Shown in pieces: positions 51,880-64,000 of a DNA stretch of 64,000 nt. The DNA comes from Takakia lepidozioides (lineage: Eukaryota; Plantae; Bryophyta): assembly GCA_030704615.1 (NCBI GenBank), contig CM060731.1, positions 31,248,001 to 31,312,000 of the forward strand, in the 5' to 3' direction. Each line of letters starts with the position of its first letter. The stretch's first letter is position 1. A program made the translations under genes and the position numbers. The notes beneath the pieces are model-generated. The model saw nothing but the letters and a program-made list of their open reading frames with translations. It had not been told where the DNA came from and ran no database searches.

Positions 51880-53560
51880 AATGGGTGAACCAATTGTTCC
51901 CCTGCCAAATGATTTTAGATTGATTTGAAACTTTGCAAGTGTCTTCTACATGCCCTCTTTAAGTTACCAAGCAAGTATGAGGTCAATCTAAAATGGTTTT
52001 AAGGGTGAACCAATAGTTCCCCTATTAAATGATTTATGGTTAAAAATTGGTTGAAAGGTTTAACGAGTCGTTCGGGGAGCAAATGATTTTTTCTTCGCTT
52101 GCAACTTTGTGTATGCAATTTGTACGTACTTAAGCACATGTGGACCAAAGTTGAACTTCAACAAAGTTGTTTGAATGGGTTATTCAAATTCATAACGGAG
52201 GTATGTGTCGTACAGACGAGAAACAACCTTTCGCCTGCAGATGAATTGTTTTTAATTCCATTCTGAAGCCATATGCTTGATAACAACATGAAGAGTCTGC
52301 ACGCAAAATATCACCATAAACAGACATCGTTTGCATCCAAAACCACATTTTATTCCCTCATTTGCACTCCAAGGTGAAGTTATCTTCAACTTCATGCACT
52401 CTTCATAGAGAGTTATGCAATGGTGAGCATAGAGCAAAGAATGAACGTTTTTTTTCAAACATTTTTTTTTTGTACATTTTTTGGCAAGGATGTGGTGGTG
52501 TGAGGGTTCAACTCATAGAACAAAATCAAGCCAAAAACAAAATCATTGCGCCCCACAAATCCACAATCCTATGCCCTCTAAATCATTTTATTTAGTAAAA
52601 ATCCAATTTAATTCAAAATTGGATGAAAGGGTGAACAGAAACTTCCCCGATGAAATGATATTTTATTGCTCTAAAACTTTGCAAGTGTCTTCTACATGCC
52701 CTCTTACACGTCTTTGAGAAGTATGACATCAATCTAAAATGGTTTAAAGGGTGAACCAATCGTCTCCCTACCAAATGATTTTAAATTGATTTGAAACTTT
52801 GCAAGTGTATTGTACATGCCCTCTTACAGGTCTTTCACAAGTTTCAAGTCAATCTAAAATGGTTGAAAGGGTGAACCAATTGTTTCCCTATCAAATGATT
52901 TTACATTGCTTTGAAGCTTTGCAAGTGTCTGCCACATGCCATCTTACAGGTACCGGACAAGTATGACGTGAATAAAAAATGGTTGAAAGGGTGAACCAAT
53001 CATTTCGCTATCAAATGATTTTATATTACTTTGGATGTCACTGCTTTGGATGTCATTGCTTTGGTAATTCTAGCCCCCTAATGGCCCATCCTAACCCTTG
53101 AATTACAATTCAAAATGCAATTCAGGCCCCTTAAAATTGGTATCGCCAGTCCCTAAAATGGCCAACTCCGGCCGCCCCTCAAATTGTAATTTGAGCCCTT
53201 GAAATTGTGAATTCCAACCCCTTAGCCCCTGAACTGGCAATTCCAGCCCCTCAAATTGCAATTGTAGCCTGTGAAATGGCAATTGCTAGTCCAGCCCCTG
53301 AAATTGGCAATTGAAGCCCTTGAAATGGCAATTTCAGCCCCTCAAATTGCAAGTCCAGCCCCTGAAATTGGCAATTCGAGCCCCTGAAATGGTAATTTCA
53401 GCCTCTGAAATTGGCTATGGATGAACCAATCATTCCACTGCCAAATGATTTTGGATTGATTTGAAACTTTGCGAGTGTCTTGTACATGCCCTCTTAAAGT
53501 TACCGGACAAGTATGAGGTCAATGTAAAATGGTTCAAATGGTGAACCAACAGTTCCCTTG
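51880..53560. repeat. ~120-bp tandem repeat (GGTGAACCAAT...CTTTGCAAGTGTC...) with an inner ~20-bp GCCCCTGAAATTGGCAATT array (53070-53415)
   Basis: Units at about 51882, 52003, 52629, 52749, 52869, 52989, 53418, 53539. Confidence 0.85.
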
Positions 53561-54691
53561 TTGGATGATTCGTGATTAATCGTTAACGATTGATCTTATA
53601 ATACACTGGGACCTATCAGAAGTACATTGAATACACTGGCCAAGTCTCAAAGCGAACGAAAATCGTTTGGATAGGCATTTGTTTTCGCTCATGTTTCCGT
53701 TGAATGTTGCAGGATTTCTTTTTCGCAATGAACAAAAACCAGATGACAACTGAACGCCTCATTGGCCCATCGAACGAATTTTGATTGATCTCATATTACA
53801 CTGGGACTTATCAGAGGGTACATTGAACACACTGGCCAAGTCTCAAAGTGAAAAAAAAAAAAAAAAACATTTGGATGGGCAACCATCCGTTGGCCCATTG
53901 AACGAATTTCGATTGATCTCATATTACTTGAGGGCCTCTTACATGGTACATTGAACATACTGGTACCAATATCCATAATGTACAACAAGGAGAGATTTAG
54001 CTTTGGGAAGAAATCCTTGAGAATGGATTGACTCTCTCCTTTTTTCCCTATGTAAAGGAGGTGCTAAAGATGATAATTAGGACATATAATAACTATCCAT
54101 ATTTATATTGTGCCACGTATACACAAAAATATGAAAATATCAAGGATGATGCTATCAATTAGTCACACTTAAAGATGTTACATTTGACCAACTAATGTTA
54201 GAGAATATGTTTTGTGTTCAAAGATGATTCCAAAGTCCTAAATATTTGAACTATTTTCATGATTTTGTCAAGTCCGTGCGTCACAATCAAGTTGGTTCGT
54301 TGCCAAAATAAATGTATCTTTGACTAGTAAATTGTAATATGTCGATAATGTAATAGTAATATATAGTTTTGAAGCACACCACCCTCAAAAGGAGTCAGTA
54401 GCCGAAAGATAAAACGACATTTAGTTACATTGGCTTCCGCCGGCATTATTTTGGTTTTTTTTAGTTGAAAATTTTCTTTGATGATTTTTAGGATGTTGAT
54501 GTGGGCCAAAGAATTTGTATATACAATTGGAATATTTAACTCTATGATTGAATTTCACGTCGACATCTACAATATAGTGTGTCACAAATGTTGCAGCCAA
54601 AAGTTCACAAACACATTCTATGGGGAAAAAACAGACTTATTATCATGTTTTGTGGGTTGAACATGTGTTAGCTACTAAATGTTTTTGCACT

Positions 54692-55048
54692 CACTACTAC
54701 AAATGGGGGGGGGGGGGGGGGGGGTAGCGACGCCAGCCGCGCCCCCACGCTGGGCGCGGTGCTGGGCCTGCGACGCCACCCTCGCGGCGGGGTGTCGCAA
54801 TCCCCCGTTGCGACGCTCAGCCGTCGCAAGGTGGGGGCCCCCAAGGGCACCAAGACATGCGACGGTGGTGTGACGCCGTGGGGGGGTTGCGACGGGTTTT
54901 CTTTTTTGCGACGCCAGGGGGTCGCAACGCCTTTTTTATTTTTTGTTTTAATTTTTGGGCGTTGCGACCCCCCGGCGTCGCAAAAGCGTCGCTGGGGGCG
55001 CGCCCCAACGCTGACGGGAGATCGCATCGGCGTTGCCATAAAGTTTTT

Positions 55049-55079
<31 letters not shown>

Positions 55080-55893
55080 CTTTTGGGCCTACCGCCCCCA
55101 ACGTCACAAAAGCGTCACTGGGGCACCCCGCGCTGGGGCGCCCAACGCTGCGACGCCAGGGGGTCGCAATGGCGTTGCCACAGGGGGTCGCAACGGTGTC
55201 GTAGCCACTTTAGGGCATCACAAGAATGTCGCTTGGGGCGCCTAGCACTGGGGTTGCAGCAACGGCGACAACGTTAGGGCTGGGCACTAAGGCTGTAGAG
55301 GTTGCAACTCCCCGACGTCATAAGAGAGACCCCCTTAGAAAGAACTTGAGAGAAATCTTGATATGTATATATATACTTAGACTGCTTTTGTGATACATAG
55401 ATGTATCATAGGTGTGTTGGTTAGTCTGTAGTGTCTTAGAAATATTATAACATGGAGGTCCTAGGTTTAAATATGCATTGCCTAACATATGTAGAACAAT
55501 GAACGTACTGCCATTGGACAGAACCGGAGTCAATGGTTAACGCCGGAATTGATGGTCAACAAGTTTTTGAATTGCAAATTTAAATTTAAATTTTGAAGTT
55601 CAAATGTTTTCACCTAAATTCAAATGTATCCCCCTAAACTGCGATGGGGGTCGCACTTTGCGACCCCCGGACGTCGCTAATGCGTCGCAGATAAGGTGTT
55701 TTTTTTTTTTTTTGGTTTTTTTTTAATGTCTGGGGGTTGCAAGTTGCACCGGTGTCACCTAGCGACCCCCATACGTCACAAATTAGCGACGCCTCTGTGA
55801 TGTCCAGACATCGCAATCTGGGGCTTCTACCCTGTTCCAAAAGGGGGCTTTAGCGACGCCGCGGCGTCGTTAAACTCCCCTTTTCTTGTAGTG
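54692..55893 (-). mobile_element. Complete non-autonomous CACTA element (~1.2 kb)
   Basis: CACTA...TAGTG termini, ACT TSD on both sides, GCGACG subterminal repeats, same family as 21487-22982. Confidence 0.85.
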
Positions 55894-58287
55894 ACTAATC
55901 AACTCGATGAAAATAACAACGTATAAATATCACCAAAAATCATGTGTCCTTTTGCATGTATCATCTTCACTATTGTGGTTTGTGCCATTGATCACATATT
56001 GTATCGTTGTTTTATACTCCAGAAAAACCCAATTTACATTTATGACCATGTGTACCAAAAGTCAAATAAAGGCACAATATTCCAGAAAAAAACCAAATTT
56101 GCTGTTTTCATAAATTTCCAATGACAACCCCATACCACAGGTCCAAAAATTATGCAACCGTCTTAATGCACCCCTGCCCATCGAGAGATTTCCAACGGTA
56201 TCAAGATTCCAGGCGAAAGCCTTGCGGTTTGGGGGATCTCAACGACAAAACAAAACCAAACAAAATAAACTACCTTGCCTAATATCTTTATATATCTATT
56301 GGAGCTGCATGCAGAGGGAGCTGCAGATGACGTACTTTGTTGTCACGACCACTAACACATTTTGTAGGTGTCTGTCATTTCTACGTTTGGTTTTTTGGCT
56401 GCAACCCATGCTATAGAATTTGTGAACACCTGCCATTTAAATTTACAGCTGGCAATATCATGATAGCAGGTATCCCCTCTCCAAGTGGGGTGCACACATG
56501 GGGGGGAGTCTCCCTCCATGCATTCATGTGTGGGCTGCCAAAGGGGCTGTTTTATGGGTTCAAATCCCACCCATGCAAAGATGGTTGGAGGCACAAATGG
56601 GTGGGGATGCAAAGATGAGAGTGAAACAGATTTGTATTACACGTTTTGCTGGAAATTACACTGCCCGCCAAGTAGTGGAGCTCACATCTGCGATTTTGAC
56701 CCCCCTATTTTTGAGCTACCATCATGAGCATAATTTTTGGCCATTTGGCATGATTCTTGCTTCGTTGGATGCACGATGTCATGTAAATAAAACCCTCCCT
56801 ACCACAGCCTCATCCGATTCGAATCCAAATTTCCAAAAAGCCCATATATATATAATATCATTTTCTTTTAAGACCTGGCCAAAAATCGGGCCTCAAACCC
56901 AACGGTGGGAAAGTGCGAGAGCTTCACTAATTGGCCCCTAATTTTGACAGACTATGCGGTAGGTATATGGCGTCAGAATCTTCTGTCATTTTTTTTTTCG
57001 ATGAGTAAATTACGGGGTTTTTTTGGGAATGGGGTCCATTTTTTTTGGTTAAAAAAAAAAGGAATGCGGGCGTTTAAGGGTTAACCTCATAGTTAACATC
57101 ATAAATTTAGGCGCGTTCCAAATACGAACACTAGACCACACTATACACCCTAGCTTTTGCCATGCATATGCCTCCATTATCCTTGTTGCTGACTACTAAG
57201 GCTCTGCCCGGAGATCTTACTAATTCATGGGCTTTCAATCTTGGTGGCTGAACTCATATGCCCACTTTCATCCTTCATAATTCATATTATAGAAATCACA
57301 TTCTACCATGATAGATATCCAGACCAATCGATTAGTTATACAAGTGAAAAATATGAACTACTCATACTTGCCCTTCGCCATAGAGGTTGATCCAAGAAGA
57401 CAATGCTTCGTAGCCAAGTCAGTGAAGAATGAAAGGGAGAGATAAAAGCTTAATAACAAAGCGAAGGCTGCCATGAAAGCATAAAAGGTTCTAATAACTA
57501 CCACGATTTCTTTTGTAAGGTTCAAATAAGAGGTGGGTTCTAGAGCGAGTCTTTCTTAGGGACTTGCGATGCCTCCAGTTCACTTCAGACTCTTCACCAT
57601 CTATAGGGGATTGACGTGCAAGCGAGCGCCCAACTTGGTGGGATGGAGTCATTCCAACAAATCCCCGATGTCGGATCTCCAGAGCAGATGACTGCTCCCT
57701 TGTCCCAAGTGTTGTCAAATTGAGTGAGCAATTGAGTTCTCTATCTTTGATCACACCTGCAAAAAGCTTCCCCCATAACCCACCATGCCTTGCGGGCCTC
57801 AAACATGAGGTCTGAACTCGCATTGCACTCATGGACCTAGAGCTAGTAAAACAAGTGTTGATAATCGAGAATTCGTGCTACCAAACGTTTAATCATCCCA
57901 ATGACATTTTGCATCTATGGTGGGGAATGGTGTTGTCCTCACGAATGGTTGGTTTTGGAAGGAGCAGTGTAAAATTTTGGACCCAATTTTTATGTGAATC
58001 TTTCAGTTGGTTTTCTATCTGACATGTCTACTCACTCCCTCTCTCTTCCTTGCTCATGCACCAGAAAGGGAAATACGGAGACTCCACGGAAGTGCAACAC
58101 CTGTACGGCGATGCGTTGACATGCTGTCCGCATCTCCTTCACGTGATTCTATTGCCACCCTGCCACCTGAGCACTGAATCCTTCTGTTCATACACTTCCT
58201 CTGGCTCAACTAGATTTGGCACCCAACCATGGTTCAAATCCTTGGGACAATTTGGGCAATCATGTTGGCATTCCAAACCGAAGTAAT

Positions 58288-59380
58288 TTACACTAGGATG
58301 GTGATTGTATATGTTAAGGTTCCCTTGAGAGAGCTTTCCTTCTCAACAGACATCAGCAACAGATCTGGGCTTGGATAGGCTCTCCTGATGGCAGCCTTGA
58401 AATTGTCCAACACCTCCTCCTGCTGGGGGTCCCTGCGCAACTCTAGAGGAATTGGCCATTCATCCTGACGAGGCACCCAGTACCTCTCATTCATATCATC
58501 CCAGCGGATGCTAACGTCCTCCAACTCCCTCATAAATAGGTCTCTCCCAATCGGTTCGCGATTGTATGGGTCATTTTTGCTGGCACCCATGGATCCTCAG
58601 GCAGTTGGAAGAATCTTTGTCTGGTATAGCTCCAATGCCCTCCCAAGTTCCGGCAAAAAGCTCCCTTTGGACTGGGTCCCGTATGCTTCTAGCATGCGCG
58701 GTTATTTCCCAGTTGGATGTCACCCAAAAGGTCACCGGATCTTTAACTCTCGATTTAGTCAAGGCATCCAAGGCATGCATCTCTCTTGGAGCATCCCATG
58801 TCATTGTCTCCCCCCAGTGCTGACAATTTAAAAAATCATAAGGCTCCACATCCAATGGCATGTTGTACTGGTTGTACTCGTATCCCGTGGGCATATTGTC
58901 TTGCAACCCAAACACCTCGTAGAAACGTCGATGGATTGGTCAACAGCAGTCAGGGCATTGGCTGGCTCGCATGGCTGCCAATATGAGACATGTGGGGTGG
59001 AACAAATGGCCACATGGACCAAGCATATAGCCTCCCTCCGGTCCGTAAGGGTTTAGGCACATTGTGCACACCGTACCATCTGTTACCCATGACGGTGGAT
59101 TGCTCCGTGGTATCCACGTCCGCAATTCCTCATGAATGCCGGATGTCATGTTTGAGCACTATGTGCATACAATTTCCGATACCAATAAGAGCATAAATTG
59201 CTGCTCTAATTCCTGTTCCTGGGCTGATGTAATTTGCACGGCTGAACATTCCCCAGTTTGCACTATGGGGTCCTTCCCTTTTCTTGTCCTCTCCGCTGCA
59301 AGTCTTTCTTCCTCAACCCTCGCCGGGTCCAGATCAGGCGTTTGCACTTCATTCCCATGCCCGATTGAGTCAACCCCCAC
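58288..59380 (-). pseudogene. RING-finger (C3H2C3-like) gene remnant, probably transposon-borne
   Basis: CTMCLNPY...PCGHLFHPTCL......QCPDC; adjacent to CATGACT repeats at 59400-59700. Confidence 0.6.
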
Positions 59381-60998
59381 TACGCCAAATCATGGTTTTT
59401 TTATTTTATTTTTTTGAGAGTCATGGTTTTCATGACTCAAACCATGACTCAAAGTGGGACAGGCACGAAGAAGTCATGGATATGCCTAAAAAAGGTCGGG
59501 TATATGACTAAACGACTCCGTAAAGTTTGGAATTCAGGTCAACGTGGTTTGACCAAAGAAGAGTAGTGATCATAAGTCACACGTATGCCTTTAAAGGGTA
59601 ACGAACCTGACCCTAGAGATTTTGGAGCGTGGTCAAACGTTGTTGACTATGGATAATGTCGCGGTGTAGTCGTCTACATGACTTTTATTTGGTGTCCCAA
59701 TTAATGATAGATATTATTTAGTATAAATGTGGAAAAACAAAAACACATTGGATGATTGAAGCGATGTCCGTCACGTGGCATAATCTGCTGCCAAGGAATG
59801 TGGAATTTAGAGCAGGCAGAAGAATATTCTTGTACGCATACCACATATCGTTAGCTTACATAATCAGATTACAATGGTTTTTTTAAGCCGTCGATGATCA
59901 ATGTCATTGACTGCCCCAATTGATCTGCACTATGAGTCGTTAGATCAATCGCGGAAATTTCACGGCTCAGCAGAGCTCGTCTATTTATCGTTGTTTGATG
60001 CCGCCTGTCCTATTGAGAAGCCCAATCGTCAGAGTCTATGCTACTGAGAAAATTCCACTTATAGAGGGAGGCTGACCACTTTGCTTCTTCAATCTGAGTC
60101 TCATGGTAAGGCTTTTTCGGCTGGCCAGTCACTCGACGCATAGTCCAGAGTCTTTATTTTTCTCCTTGGTGGAGTTTTTCCCCTCGATTCAAGCGTAGTG
60201 CAAGTCTGCCATCTTCATTCTGATTTCTCTCACAGGGTATTAATTAATGTCGGTTGAATTCCATTACATATGTATTCATTCTCTACGCACGCTCAAAACG
60301 CTGAAAAGCAGGAGTATAGCGAGCTACGCCACTCCAAGTCGAGGAGGAAAAACAAATTCTATTGTTGCTAGTGTATCAGGACTGTGTACATGTATATTGA
60401 ACAAAATAAATGAACTCGAAATATAGATGGCACAAACACTGCGGATAGAATTTGATTGTCAGTAGTCCGACCAGATCACGGAGCATTGAACACTGTGAAT
60501 AACCATGTGTGAGGAATAATTGGCAACCATTCTCCTAATTGAATTTTTAATCGCAAAACCACAGAGCAATATCAAATGGGGAAACGAGATTGCACAGAAG
60601 GATAATATCTGCAAGTCACTGAATGGCCAACCAGATAGGTCCGAGTCAAAAGTATAGTTTCAAGTGCTGTACAGTCCAGCAGCTGCTGCTCAGTTTCCCC
60701 CCCGGTATGACAGGCCACTATCTACCAGAAGGTAAAATATCCCCAATCGAATTGGCGGCTCCAAATATGTAGTAATTGCAAATGCGCAGGATATTCTGTG
60801 TTCTCACCGTTGTGACCAGGCTCCACGTTGCCAAGTACCTCTCCCCAAAAAGCAGACCGACCCGATTCCACATCTGCTTGGGCTTTTTCATACTTCATGC
60901 AATCGAGAGCACAAATTTTGTAAATTAACTGTCACTGTCCACCATGAAATGAAATTCATACACATGCAAACTTGCCAGAAAGTGCTAAGGAACAGTAC

Positions 60999-61770
60999 TC
61001 ACTCAATCCAAGGAGCTATGCTCGTGTGGTTGTTAATGACATAATCGTGAATTAGACTGCGCAAATCCACATTCAATTTGCGAGTTCTGCCAGCGCCTTC
61101 GAGGACCTCCCCAGCCACTCCCTCGTCCCCATCGGCATCCCAAATTCGCCTCCTGGTTGCGGGGAAATCTGCCATGTACTCGGTACAATACCCTAGTGCC
61201 TCATCCAACACATACCCTTCTGCCATGGAGCCTTCAGGTTTTGCCTTATTACGAACATATCCCTTGAGGTATTTCATTGCCCTCTCCACCGGATACATCC
61301 ACCTCGTGTTTACAGGTCCACAGATAGCCAACTCATCAACCAAGTGTACCAGCAGGTGAGTCATGACATCAAAGAACAAAGGTGGAAACTCTTTTTTCTA
61401 GGAGACACAATGTGATGACAACCTCTTCACGTAGAGAGTGCATATCTGCAGGATCTACAACCTTGCAACAAAGTTTCCTGAAAACTCTTGACACTCGCAT
61501 TATGGCGCGTCGTGGACTAGGTTCCATCAAACCACGTAGACACAACGGAAGGATTTGTTGCATTATTGTGTGATAATCATGACTCTTCAAATACGTCAAC
61601 TTTCCATCCTCCACGTGTTTTTTGTATGCAGATGCATACCCGGTGGGCACCTTCAACGATGACAGAGTCTTCAAAAATGATTTATGCTCCTCTGCACTCA
61701 AGACGTAAAAGGTTGCTGGCATTAACACCGTATTTGCTCTGCTTCCATGGGGTCGCACCCACAAGTCTTG
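60999..61770 (-). mobile_element. CACTA (En/Spm) TnpD transposase fragment, DUF4218 region
   Basis: LKVPTGY, LKSHDYH, FFDVMTHLLVHL..E..ICGPV..RWMYPVER..K.LK.YVRNKAKPEGSMAE.Y. Confidence 0.92.
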
Positions 61771-62752
61771 AGATCATCACATGGATGAATCGCTACATGA
61801 CTGCACGTGTCGACACATTCTTTTCTGGTTATATATATAATATATTAGTATTTATATTTTGAAAAAACGGAGACTCTGACAACTAGAATGAATTTAAAAA
61901 GAATAAAAATAAAATCAAAGTGCAAAAAGACTTAAAAAAAAACACATTGGTTGGTAAGTGCACAGTGTGTCGCCTTGGTGGTTTGGGGTTCAAACCCGTT
62001 GCCCATATCCCGTGTGTGGGATTGTTCGTGACGGTATGTCTGGGCGTTGATCGTCCTGTAGGTCTTATGGCCCATAAATGAAGGCGGGTGAATTTTTCCC
62101 CCTCCTCAAGGGCCTGTGGTTTCCTTTAAGAAAATTTATTAAAAAAAAAAAAAAAAAAGGCTTTTAGGGTTTACAAAAAGGTTAAAAAACTTAAAAAGTT
62201 GCCCATCACGTAGCAGTGAACAGACTTAGAGCGAGCGGGAGGGAGAGAGAGAGAGGGCTGGGACTTAGAACGAGCGAGCGGGAGGGAGGGCAAACATGCA
62301 TGTGAAGCCCGCAATTGGAGCAACCTTCGCATCTGAAGCAAGCGTCCTAGAAATGTTAGGGTATGTGTCCGAGGAGGTTTCGACTGGGAACTCGTAGTTC
62401 TTGGGAGATTCAGCTTGGTCTTAGCAGGCCGTGTTTCAATCTCTACCCGCTCAGATGCACCGTGGTGGTTCTGACAGACCAATCTGACATTACCTGACTA
62501 CAGACACAAGCAGCACACACAAGAGGTCCTCTTGGGTTCATGGTCAGTCAAATCCTCCATGGGTCATGACACAAGGTTAGGGTTTAGGGTCAAGAGAGGA
62601 TACCTTCGCTCCATTGTTGTAGTGGAGGTTGCTCCTCACAGCCACGTTGAAAATTTTGAGTACAGACATTTGTTGATGTGTAATTCCTCAGGCAAACTGC
62701 TTGCAAGGTTTGTGACCAAAAGATGAAAATGTGGTATGCTTGGTTGGCGCAG

Positions 62753-62852
62753 TGCAACATCAAGTGGTTTCGAGAGTATGATAATATGACGGATCTTGGC
62801 GGGGATTGGTATTGGAATTTCATCTGGCGTAGTGCCCCTGTATATATCAGAG
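62753..62852 (+). pseudogene. MFS sugar transporter (plastidic glucose transporter-like) single-exon fragment
   Basis: AG..GT-bounded 100-bp exon: ATSSGFESMII*RILAGIGIGISSGVVPLYISE. Confidence 0.7.
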
Positions 62853-64000
62853 GTAAGGCTTTGTTCTCGTCTCCTTCCCAACTTTCACTAGTGTCTACGA
62901 GAGCAGTGTTAGAAAATGGTTTTGTTGCATGGTTCAACCTCTATCATAGAGCCAAACGCAGCAGCGATCGCCACGGGGCTCGGCCGACGCTGCCTTCCCT
63001 CTCTCTCTCTTATCGCTCGACTGGTTCATTTCCTAGCTCATGGGAGTACGGCGAGCTGGTGGTTTTAGTTTTTTTTTTTGTTGTTAAAGTTTTTTTGAAC
63101 TCGGTTCTCTCTTTGCCTTTGTGACTCCTCCTCGAGTCCCATTTTTTCCATCTCCTTTGGATCACGTCTCTCGTAGTATGGTACATTTGGTGATTTCGAT
63201 TTGGTCTCTTTGCTTTCAGATTTTCTTGCTTTCTCTTTCCTGATTCAATCTGTCTTTAGGTTCTTGATTGTGGTTTCAAACAGTAGTCAGTGTGGATTCT
63301 ATCTTTCCCTCTTCTCTCGCTTCTTCTTATTCTGAGATGTATGCAAGGTTTGTTCTGTCTCTGCAGTATACAGATCGACTGGGAGTAGGTGGAGTTTCAG
63401 TAGCTCAAATTTTCAGGAGTTCAATGACAAGGTCATGTGCACATGATCAGGCTCTCGGATTGGCAAGATTTCAATGAGCAGATTGTGGAAGCAGAGGCTC
63501 TGTCGTCAGTGAGAAGGGAGCTGCATATACACACACACAGGCACAAGGGAGGCAGGGGTCTGGCTTCAATCCTCTCTCAATCCTTTGAATTTCTTTGCTT
63601 TGTAATATAAGCTAGCAGCGCTGGCAGCTCCAGACGCCCGTAGTCGGGCGCGCGATCGGGCTGCACGAAGAACCTTAGCGCTTGAGCAATAACTTTATGC
63701 TTGAGATCAATGCTGCTCAGTAATCCCTAAGCTTTTTAAGTAGTTAACCACATCATAGTAAACTATGAAGAGAACCATGTGACACCCTATGGCACTTTGC
63801 AAAGTTGCTTGGGATATTTGTTGTTGCACCTCATATCCATGACATTGGAGCACAAGGCTGAGAAAGGGAGCATTGGGGTGGCAATGGCAGGTGTCTCCTA
63901 CAGAGATCCGTGGTACACTGGGAACAGCGAACTAACTTTCCATCTGTGTGGGCATTCTGATGGCTCTTATTGTGGGGCTTCCCCTGAGTGGCAACCCTGC

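Noticed and set aside
54668-55277. Overlapping GC-rich ORFs (also 21376-22900)
   Set aside because: Derived from CACTA subterminal repeats; no protein motifs
21487-55893. Single 34-kb CACTA element
   Set aside because: TSDs do not match (GTT vs ACT) and 54692-55893 has its own matching TSD

Overview
Eukaryotic, intron-bearing, transposon-dense region, most likely from a non-seed land plant (bryophyte-like: PLS-class PPR fragments, Tcn1-type chromovirus, CACTA/hAT/Mutator elements). No intact host gene is evident. Main components: (1) a young Ty3/Gypsy LTR retrotransposon (6491-16030, minus) that carries a DNMT3/DRM-like C5 cytosine methyltransferase between protease and RT; (2) further Gypsy fragments, including a Tcn1-like element with a Tf1-style self-priming PBS; (3) a 22.4-kb CACTA-bounded unit (28565-50986, 22-bp TIRs, TTC TSD) that splits a beta-class N4C/N6A DNA methyltransferase gene and contains two ParB/Srx-like genes, each with its own family of 22-bp mostly intronic palindromes, a GCM-MULE-SWIM transposase, a Pol II CTD-like repeat exon and captured PPR/OSB fragments; (4) three tandem FCP1/NIF-like phosphatase-domain genes sharing one of those palindrome families; (5) hAT, CACTA, LINE and P450 remnants and tandem repeats. 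All protein calls are from motif recognition by eye; most ORFs carry frameshifts or stops, from decay or assembly indels.
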